Assembly (NCBI RefSeq): GCF_001194135.2
Contig: NC_068991.1
Coordinates: forward strand, 80,754,630 to 80,805,796
From: Octopus bimaculoides
Lineage: Eukaryota
DNA length: 51,167 nucleotides
Direction of reading: 5' to 3'
Each line of letters begins with the position of its first letter. Position 1 is the stretch's first letter. This document shows, piece by piece, positions 11,601-23,028 of the stretch. The translations under genes and the position numbers were made by a program. The notes below the pieces were generated by a model that was not told the DNA's origin, did no database searches, and saw nothing but the letters and a program-made list of their open reading frames with translations.

Positions 11601-14600
11601 ATGCCTCCTCATCGCCTCAACTTAAAAGTAGGGGCTACTATAATGCTGCTCAGGAATCTTTCGATCAGTCAAGGATTATTCAATGGAACTCGTATGAAAG
11701 TGCAAAGACTTCATGAACATTGTGTAGAGGCATCATTGGTAACAGGCTCCAACAGAGGCCGTACAGTTCTAATCCCCAGAATTAGACTTAGCCCAAGTGA
11801 TGCAAATATTGCATTCACATTAAACAGACTTCAGTTTCCACTTCGACTTGCATATTCAATGACAATTAATAAGGCTCAAGGGCAAACATTTGAAAGAATT
11901 GGAATACATTTGCCTCAACCGGTATTTTCTCATGGCCAATTATATGTCGCATTTTCAAGAGCACGAGCTATGAACAATATCAAAGAAAGAGTTGTGACAC
12001 TCAATTGGGATAACAGACGAGGCCAAAAACGTGGTGTGACATACACACAAAATATTGTCTACCATGAAGTACTGTGAGGAAGACCACCACACCAGCCAGT
12101 CCATCATTATACATCCACATTACACCTTTAAGATTGGGGAACCAGTTAGGGGCCGGCTGGATCTCCCTTGACATACCAGCAAACCACAAAATTGCACCAG
12201 CCAGCATCACCACTACCTCCAAGCCCATCATATATATGTGTGTTTGTCCCACCACCACCATTGCTTGACAACTGATGTTGGTGTGTGTGTCCCTGTAATT
12301 TAGCTGTTCAGCAAAAGGGACTGATAGAATAAGCACCTGGTTTACAGGGAATAAGTCCAGGTGTCAATTTCTTTGACTAAAGAGTGGTGTTCCAGTATGG
12401 CTACCGTCAAAATACTGAAACAAGTAAAAGAATAAAAGAATACCAGAAGAACGTTCCGCACCACTAAACCAAGAAAGTTCTTTGAATATGTACAATGCAT
12501 TCTAAGGTTAAATAGTAATTCTGTTTACGTTTGTGTAACTGATATATTTTAGTCATTGGTGTTACATTACTTTCTATATTCTCTAACTGTCACAATATAC
12601 TTTTCTAGGCCTCAATTTTTTTGTGGGGAGGGGGCCAGTTGATTAGATCAGCCCCAGTACATAACTGGTACTTAATTTATCAAACCCCAAAGGACGAAAG
12701 ACAAAGTCGACTTTGGCAGAATTTGAACTCAGAACGAAAAGACAGATGGTCATAATATACAAACACTCCGAGAGTGTAGTGTGTGCTACAGTCAGGCACT
12801 ACTGGCAACAGCCACGCTCAAATAGTGATTTTTATGTGCCACCTGCCCGAGCCAGTCCAGCGGCACTGGCAATGACCTTGCTCGAATGTTGTTTTTCATG
12901 TGCCACCGGCACAAGTGTCAGTAGAGCAACACTGGTAACGATCACACTAGAATGGTGCTTTTTCCATGTCATCGGTACGGGAGCCAGTCAGTGGCCCTGG
13001 CAACAATCACACTCCATTAGCACAGATGCCAATCATGTCAGTAGCTGGGGAAGGTGCACTGAAAGTGTAGCTGCCAGAATAAGAATAGCCTGGGCAAAGT
13101 TCAGAGAGCTCCTACCTCTGCTGGCGACAAAGGGACTCTCACTCAGAGTAAAAGGCAGACTGTATGACGCATGTGTACAAACAGCCATGCTACATGGCAG
13201 TGAAACATGGGCCGTGACTGCTGAGGACATGCGTAATATTGCAAGAAACAAAGCCAGTATGCTCCAATGGATGTGTAATGTCAGTGTGCATACTCGATAG
13301 TTCAAGTACCTTGAGAGAAAAGTTGGACCTAAGAAGCATCAGTTGCGGTGTGCAAGAGAGACAACTGCGCTGGTATGGCCATGTGGCGAGAATGGATGAG
13401 GATAGCTGTGTGAAAAAGTGCCACACCCTAGCAGGTGAGGGAACCTGTGGAAGAGGTAGACCCAGGAAGACCTGGGATGAGGTAGCGAAGCACGACCTTC
13501 GAACTTTAGGCCTCACCGAGGCAATGACTAGTGACCGGGACCTTTGGAAATATGCAGTACGTGAGAAGACCCAGCAAGGCAAGTGAGAGCATAATCTGTG
13601 GCCTCTTCCAGAAGTGTAGCCAGCTCACTTATTCGTATCTTTACTTCATTGGACACTAAAAACCCTGCTTGCGAAGACCTGTTGAGGCAAGTGAATTTGG
13701 AATTTGAAATCTGAAATCGAAATCGAACTGAATCCAACGACTGGCACCCAAGTCAACTTCTCCTTCATTGGACACTAAACTCTGCTTGCGAAGACCTGTT
13801 GGGGAAAGTGAAATTGTAATTGAACCATACTCGATGACTGGTCACCGTGCCAGTGAAGCACTAACAGCACTGTCGAGTGTGTTCATTGCCAGAGCAGCTG
13901 TTTGACTTCCGTGCTAGGAGCCCGTAAATTGCACCATTAGAGCGTAATCGGGCATGTTAGAAAATCATTCGAGCGAGGTCATTACCAGTCCGGCTGGACT
14001 GGCTCCCATGCAGGTGGCATGTAAAAAACACCTTTTTGAGCATGGCCATTGCCAGTACCGTGTGACTGGCCCTCGTGCCAGTGGCACGTAAAAGCACCCA
14101 CTACACTCCCGGAGTGGTTGGCATCAGGAAGGGCATCCAGCTGTGGAAACACTGCCAGATCAGATTGGAGCCTGGTGCAGCCTTCTGGCTTGCCAGTCCT
14201 CAGTCAAATCATCCAACACATGCCAGCATGGAAAGCAGACGTTAAACGATGATGATGATGATGATGATGATCATTATTATTATTCATATTATTCATACTT
14301 TTTTGCCCCTCGCTCATGTTATCTCTATTTTCAGATCTTTATATTTGGATAATTTTTCCCCTTTTAGTATACCTAATCATTATCATTATTGTTTATCAGG
14401 ATCATCTGCTGTATTGAATGCCACAGCCCTTGGTTTCGCCAGTATAATGCCAACTAAATATATCAATGCCTTAATGGGTGGACAGGTGAGTGTCAATAAT
14501 GAAAGCTTACAAATGATGATAAGGGTGGGTCACAATAACAGCACAACCACTGACTATGTTTTGCAAATAATTTCTTACATTTCTACATTCTGGTTTCAAG

Positions 14601-17600
14601 TTTCTTCAGAGGTTGAATTCAATTCTCATCCTCCTGAGGTCAACAAATTATTGTTACTAATCAAGTAATGGACTATAGACCCTTTCTTTCAAAGTTATGG
14701 ACTTGTGCATGTTAGAAATCAATTTTAAGTTATCTTCCATTACAGTGAACTTTGTAGGATTTGAAATCAAACCAAGAACAATTGCAACTAAATTATGCAA
14801 GCCATCTTGTCCATCATGCTCAAAAGTTTCTTATTTCTTTCTTGCCCACAGGGGGGCTAAACATAGAGGGGACAAACAAGGACAGACAAAGGAGTTAAGT
14901 CGATTGCATCGACCGCAGTGCGTAACTGGTACTTAATTTATCGACCCCGAAAGGATGAAAGGCAAAGTCGACCTCTGCGGAATTTGAACTCAGACCGTAA
15001 CGGCAGACGAAATGCTGCTAAGCCTTTCGTCCGGCATGCTAATGTTTCTGCCAGCTCACCACCTTCATGCTCAAAAGTTTCTGTCTTCCATCATCCTTAA
15101 TAATAATTATATATATTTTTTTTTACATGAACACAAAAGCACGAAACATAATGTTTATTCTGGCAAGATTTGACCTTTCTGTGTAAAGAAATCTAACTTT
15201 ACTGGTGCTATGTTGTGACGCAACCTGTACACTCTGTAAAGTGGTTGGTCAATGTACTGAGATATCAATGGGTAGAGGAAACTCTTGTGCCATATGGAGG
15301 ACATGAGAACCTCTCTAGTGCTGTTGCCAAGATAAAATGCACCCAATACACTCTGTGAAGGGTTAAGTATTAAAAAAAGGCATCAAACCATAGAAATCAT
15401 GCCCATGACCGAAATGAAAGGGCAGTAACTCTGCAAAAGAACTGACAAGGATATGGGTAACAGCTGTAAAACAATGATGACAATGAGAGAAGTAGACTGT
15501 GGGGCATCATCCAATATCCTTGCTTTCAGACGTTGTGCTTATGTTAGAAGTAATAATTATATTGATATAAAAGTTGGTCCATCCTTTACATTGCATAGAG
15601 ATGGGAGAGAGAGAGTGAAAGAAAAATACAGAGTGACAGGTGCAGGATGAGTGCACATACTAGGCTTGGGGCAGGCAATGAGTAAAGGAACAGTACTCAC
15701 AGTGAGAGAAAACGAATCATTGAGACAAAAGATAAAGAAGAGAAGAAGTAAATGACAGTAGTTATGGAAGGAATTATACAAATGAGAAATTTGTTGATTT
15801 AATTTCATTTTAAGATATTTTTCTTTTGAAAATCAATATTCATTTCATCATTTTGTATGATCACCAAGAAATTTATTAAAAGTTAAAGGTGGTGAGCTGG
15901 CAGGATTGTTATCACGCTGGGGCAGAATGTGTAATGGCATTTCATTCATCTACTGAGTTCAAATTCTGCCAAGTTCAGTTTTGCCTTTCATCTTTTTGGG
16001 GTTGATAAAATAAGTACCAGTTAAACATTGGGGTCATTGTAATCAATGTACCCCTCCCCTAAAATTGCTGGCCTTGTGCCAAAATTTGAAACCAATGATA
16101 ATCAAGATCCATATTTCTGTCTTAAATTGCATATTATCTCTAATTTTCTTTTCTTCCTCCTTCAAGGCTCTCGGTGGAACTTTTGCTTCTTTGGCAAATA
16201 TCTTGGCATTGGCTACACTTCATTCAGTTACAGACAGTGCTCTACTATACTTCATAATTGCCATCCTAGTCACCATTTTAACCTTCTTTGGATACTTCTA
16301 TTTCTACAAATTGGTAAGTCATGTTTATCTCAATAGTTTGGCATTTCATTTTACTTTTACTGCCATATTTCTTGTCTTTCTTTGTACGTTTTCTCTTTCT
16401 CTTTTTTTTTTATCCCTTTTTTTTTTATAGCTTAGTTTGTTTGTACATATAGAATATAAGTTACTCAAAAAAAACAAAAAAACTCTCAAAATATTCTCCC
16501 ACAAATGGCATCGACATAACCGTGTGGTTAAGAAGCTTACTTCTGAACCACATGGATCCAGGTTCATCTCTCCTACAACACTTTGGGCATGTGTCTTCTA
16601 CCATAGCCCTGAGCTGACCAAAGTCTTGTGAGTGGATTTGGTAGATGGAAACTGAAAGAAGCCTGTCTTGTGAATGTTTCTGATGTGAGTATCACTGTCA
16701 TATAAGCAATGTCATTCATTTCCAGTATTTTGTGAGACCATGTTTGGCAATGGGGAAACATTTGCTATACTTGAAAACTGATGAGGGTTGGTAATCGGAT
16801 GAGACCCTGACCACAGAAAATCTACCTCAATAAACTCCATCCTTTTTGTAGTGCATCGATGACATCACAACAGAAGTTTCCCCAATTGAGAGTGAGTTCT
16901 CCTGTCAGATGAAGCTGGAACATTACTTCCTTGGCAGAAAAGCTGGAGTTGTTTGCCTTTGCTTTCCCCAGCTTCGTTGGCTGTAGCATGTCCATCCTCT
17001 GATAGGTGTTTGGACACCTAGCAGGACTTGGTTTTAGGACACCTGCACAAGTGGTGGGGGAAGGGAGAATTTTAGGGAACTGGTACTTGAGTAGAGAACA
17101 GGTAGTACTAGTTCACATGGTACCAGAAGCAGGTCTCATCGACTTTTTGATGATATCCATGATTGTCTAAATGTTTCAAAAAACTTTTAATATAATCAGG
17201 ATCATGGAGGGGTATTAACATCCCCACCCTCTTCATCACCATCATTCTCATCATCATCATCATCATCATTTCCCATCCACTTTCCATGCTCCTCCTCCTC
17301 CTCTGGGCATCTTCTTACCTGTTTTTCGCTTTCAGTCCTTGTTCTCTCTCCTATTCACAGTGTAAAGTGGTTGGTTTTATGAGCAAAGAAAACGTAGGGT
17401 TATGAAGCTCTTGTCCTGTCTCACTGAGAACTAACCATTAGAATATGTGCCTTCAAAACAAGGGTACACACATACACATACATACATGCATACATACATC
17501 AGTATATATATTTATATATACCAGCATGGACAACGGATGGTTGATGATGATGATGATGATGATATATATATGTGTGTGTGTGGTGATGGTGATGGTGATG

Positions 17601-19354
17601 ATGTAGACAACTATCCTTTTTTTTTTGTAAAACTACTCTAAACTTTTTGAAATAAATTGTTCCAAAATTAAAATCGTAATTAACTTGCCGTTTCCCTTCA
17701 AAATTTTATTCCAAAATTAGAAAGAATTATTAATCATTTATCTATTTAAATATTTCAGGAATTTTCAAGATATTATATTTTCAGAGATGGTAAGTTTCAT
17801 AATTATTCTTAATTAACAAAATAAATTAAACATTTTTTTTTAATCACTAGGACTATTAACTTATTTATTTATTGTGTACTCTCATGTAAAAATATTTTGT
17901 CTTAGAACAGACAACAAACAAAATTTATGTCCAGCCAAATTAGCATAAAAGATTGCTTGTTTTTTTCAATATAGTTAGCTCTCACTAACCATTCGTCTAT
18001 CCCTAGTTTACTCATTGACCACCAGATAAGGGATTGGGGAACCATGTCAAAGGCTTTCTCCATATCAACGAAAGCCAGGTACAGTGGTTTATTATCTTTG
18101 GCTAGGTAGTTCGCCTGCAGCTGTCTTACCAGAAATATAGCATCAGGCACGAACTCAAACTGCATCTCATCTAAACTGACTCTCTCCCTAATTAGTTGGG
18201 CTATGACCCTCTCCGTGACCTTCATTACCTGGTCCAACAACTTGATAGATATGTAAATACACACACACACACACACATGCATATGCACACACACAGAGTG
18301 TCCTACACACACATTAAATTATTATAAAATCAGTATTTATTAAAACATATTTCAGTTTTGAAATTTAATAGAATCTACAGAGAGAATTTGACTATTTTTA
18401 TGAATGCCTGTTTTCAAACTGATGACCATTCTGGTCCCAGGCATTGCTAATAAGGTGAAGCAATGGAATCACAAACACCAAGAAACATTTTGTTCACTGT
18501 TTCTGCTTGTTATCTTTCAATGACTGCCTTCTGTTCATTGACCATTGCTGGGTATTTTTTTGTGCTGTAAACTTTGTCTTTTCAAGATCCCCTCCCCATG
18601 CGCACAGCCATATTAAAGTAAGGGTCCACCTACAAGTGATTTTACCAAATAGGTAGATTGGATGAAGTGGTTTAGTAGGATGCCTTCCACATTCATTACA
18701 ACTCACACCACATCTTCGAAGCCATTTTGAATGCTTAGCATAACAGATTGTGGCATTAAGTTCAAATATACAGGACCATTCACAGTATTGCCAAAAAGGA
18801 ATGGTCCACTTGAAGTGCTATTGTGGTTATTTGAACCCTAACACTCCAAATAATCTTTGTTGGAAAGAGTGCATAAAACCCCACCCTTTGGTCCCGGTCA
18901 TTTTCATTGAGGGTATGGATTATTGGGGGACGGCAACTTTTCCACTGACCACTTCAAAATACAATGGATGCTTGAGTTTTTAAATTCCTACCTCACACAC
19001 TTGTTGCACAGATGTTCTCTAACTCTAGCAATATGGTTCTAATACAGTTTGTTGCTTCTTTGATGTCCACAGTCTTCCAAAATATTTCCTCTGAACGTCT
19101 TGAACAGTTTAAACTTATCTCTAATTTGTGTGATGGCAAGTTGTGTCGGCAGATCTCTTTGAAACCCCCTCCTGTAACTGGTTTTGCACTTTGCCTATGT
19201 TTTCAAACTTCCAGTATCATATTTTAGGACAAAATTTCCTTTATTGAAAGTTTAGCCTGGCTTTCATTATTATTTCTAATGAATTAAATTAAAAAAATGA
19301 AAATTGAGTTACCAGCTGTTATGGTGTGCATCCATTTGTGTAGTGCGGGAGACC

Positions 19355-19435
<81 letters not shown>

Positions 19436-22400
19436 AGAAATTTAGGGGTTGTGAATCCAACACACTAAGGGATGATATCTATCCAATATCCTGCTGGAAG
19501 AATACCCAATTATTATTACACAAGTGTTTTTTCATTGCATAGCAATTACATTACCAAGTGCAATAAATGGGTGAAGGTAAAAAGTTATTTTACCTTTAAT
19601 GAGGTATTGCCTATGCATTGTTTTCATTTTCCAGTTGTTTAATTTTTATTATTATTATTGTTATTGCTGCTGTTGTTGTTGTTAAGGCAGCAAGCTGGGA
19701 GAGCTGTTAATGCAGTGGATGAAATGCATAACAATATTTTGCCCATTGCTACATTCTGAGTTCAAATCCTGCTGAGGTCGACTTTGCCTTTCATCCTTGT
19801 GGAGTCGATAAATCAAGTACCAGTTGAGTACTGGGGTCGATGTAATTGACTATCCCCATCCCCCAAATTTCAGGCCTTGTGCCTATTGTAGAAAGTATTG
19901 TTATTGTTGTTATTATTATTATTAGATAAAAACACACAGCTTATTTTGCTGGATATGATGGAAAGTGAGAGGAGCTGTCCACAGCCAGCAGACTGAGGTG
20001 ACACTTGTTTACTGGTCATGCTTCAAGAACCCTGTGAAGAATTTTTGCAGTTCCAAGCAATTCCGATTTTTGTGGGTGTTCTACCTTCACCCTTGCACCA
20101 ATCTTTTTCAGTCTCCTTTCCTCATTGACCACAACCTTCGTATTTCCCTCTTCAAATCCTCTATTATTGTTATTATTATTATTATCATCATTTTTTTTTT
20201 CTTCAGGTAGTTCCTATATTTACGATGTCCACGAAAATGATAAAATAATCAATAAACACCCAGGTCAGTCCAGTACCTGGACTGTCTTTTTAAAAGTAAG
20301 TACTGTTTTGTTAACAAAGCATACAGTGAGTGTTCTCTGTAGGTGACTTATTTTTACTGATAGAGTACAAAGTTCCAAATTTATAGAAGAGAAAAGTTAG
20401 CATCTACAAGCCATGGAATATGGTTAGTAATTTTGGGAGATGGATTTTATCATTGTCTTCAGGCAAAGTAACTTTTCAAAATGCTGTCCCGTTCTATAAT
20501 GATGCTGCACATAGCAATGGATTCTCAGAGGGGGATCCAGTATATTTGTAGGGAAGGTAGCCATAATAGAGCACGTAGGATTAGGACTAGAAAGGTTTTG
20601 TTGTTCAACCCAACCTTCAATGCTACCATTTGAACTAATGTAGGGAAAAAACTTTTTAGTTTAGTCTCAAGACATTTTCCAACTAGCCATAAATACCATA
20701 GAATCTTTGATAGAAGAACCTTTAAGGTTAGCTATTCTTGTTGCAAGAACTTCACCTCTCTAATAAGCCAGCATAATACAAAAACACTAAACAAAACTAT
20801 TGGCATCACTGAAGGAAACAACCAGAAATGTAATTTCAAACACCAAAGTTGCTGCCCTTTAGCAGAAGATTGTCTAATTAAAGGTGCTGTTTACAGAGCC
20901 AAAGTGCAGGTGGACAACACGGGAACCCGCTGACCAAATTTAGACGCATTTCCTTGTTCGTGAAAGTGGCTTAAATTGAATTGTTTTGATAACTCTCATG
21001 CAGTTTGCTTTGGGTTTTCCTCAAGTACAGTTTTCAAAAACTCCATATTAACAAAACTTGTTCATCTAGATCAAGGGGAATCTTCAAAAGAAAAATTTCC
21101 CAAGCAAAGTTAGCCAAACACTTGTTGGCCTTTCTGGATACTTAAAGCTTCATTTCTATAAACAGAACGAGTATTTCTTGCCCCTTTCATTGCTGAAGAG
21201 CCCATTCTGAACTTAAACAGCGTTCAATGTCATATATGCATCTGATCTAAACTCATTTTAAAAGGGTGGAAAATCAATATGAATCACTATGGTAGTCTGA
21301 AGAGAAAGAGAAAAGAACATCACACAATGTAAAAATGAATGGTTATATTGTTGTAAAAAGTAGCCTCAAAGTGACCGAATCAAAAATGCAACCAAACTTT
21401 TTTTTTCCCCAACCTAATACACACACACACACACCCACACACATGTATATCTGGGGAACAGGGTGAACTAACTCATGTGCCTCAGGTGCTTCTCTAGAGG
21501 ATGCAATAGTTGACCATAAAAGCCAGAGCTAGAAATTTCTCATCATCTGAGAAATTTCATTAGAAACCAAAATGAATGTTTGTAGTCCTTTCTACTCTCC
21601 TTTTGAATCTTGGCTGCCCTATCAATCACATATCAACCAGCTTGATGTCTTTGATAAGGTCTGGATACAGCCTGAATTGACAGAATACTGACTGTGGACC
21701 TGTTGTGTAAATGTAAAACTGGTGATATTAAATCCTTTCTTTAACACTCCCAGTTAAGATAGATTGATCATATCATCAAAATGAATGACAACAGAATTCC
21801 AAAAGTCTTTATGCATATCCAGCTACATGATGGAAGCAGAAGCCTAGGAAGACCATGGCCTAGGGGCAAGGAGAAGCTCAAAGCTAACCTGAAACTAACA
21901 AAGATTCCTCCAAAAATATTTTGGAAAAAAAAAGAAAACAATTACCATGATTATCATTTCTTCTGCAGTCTTCAAAATCATTTGGACAGAAAAAAACGTG
22001 TTACCTGTTGATGAGGTCAGAATAGTAGTGGAGGAGTATTTTTCATCATGGACAGGTGAATTTTGGAAGAGGGGTCTTGCAAGTCTACAAGATAGATGGA
22101 AAAGGATTGTAGAAAATGAAGGAGAGTATATTTTAGATTGAAAAAGAACTTTGTTTATCTTAATTTTGAAAAATAAAATAAGTATAAAAAGACCACATTA
22201 TTCATGGGATCACCCAGTATATGTATGTATGTGTGTGTGTATATATACATATATATGTGTATATACATATGCATACATACACACACATGTGTGCATGTGT
22301 TTGTGTGTCCTTGTCTTGACATTACAATACTGGTTATAAACAAACCTCAATGTCCTACAAGTGGTAGTATTGTTTTGTTTGCTGTGTTCCATGAGACTCT

Positions 22401-22640
22401 GTCTGGCCATTTATGAGGTTCATGATCAAAAGATTAGCAGAAATATTTCTTTACTTAGAAACAGGTAATGGTGATGGACGGGAAGGATGTCTGTCCATAG
22501 AAAGTCTGCCTCAGTGTATTCCATCTGACCTATGCAAGGACAGAAAAGTGGATGTTAAAATGATGATCATAATAGTGTGTGTGTGTGTGTGCATAAACAC
22601 ACACATGCACATCATAGAAATGCATGAACATGTACATAGC

Positions 22641-22671
<31 letters not shown>

Positions 22672-22986
22672 TTTTAGGTTATGCTTTAATTCATTGGTTT
22701 TGTTTTTTTCCTCCCCTCTTCAGATTTGGAAATGGGGGTTCGCAGCACTGTTGACTTTTGCTGTAACACTAAGTTGCTTTCCTGCGGCTTCCTCTAGTAT
22801 TCAACCAATCAATGACCTCGGCTGGTTCAGTAATTATGACCTTTTTTTCCCTTGCAATATTCTGTCTGATATATCTGCCTCTTTTCAACTATTTGCAGCT
22901 AATTATTTGATATAGAATACCTTTGACATTTTAATATTCTCAGAATATTTTAATACATGAATTATGCAATTTTTCTTTATAAAAGT

Positions 22987-23028
<42 letters not shown>

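Noticed and set aside
13655-13700. TAAACTCTGC resembling the twister UAA-P2-GC start, and HDV-like topology of the 119-bp module
   Set aside because: There is no twister L4 (YCC/UAC-NAAGC) element and no P1.1 GG or canonical J4/2. Kept only as a possible pseudoknot.
15884-15970. A/B-box-like sequence suggesting a tRNA gene
   Set aside because: No cloverleaf forms; it is the head of a multi-copy SINE.
16840-17220. Weak resemblance to a Gypsy integrase zinc-binding region; similarly weak hints at 5100-5340, 18940-19230, 29000-29500, 36730-36990, 42480-42760 and 46085-46400
   Set aside because: Too degenerate to assign by eye; a translated search against a TE library is needed.
19297-19542. 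ORFs with IYIYIY, HTHTHT, DDDD, MMMM, PPPP or ERERER runs across the window
   Set aside because: They are microsatellite translations without splice or homology support.
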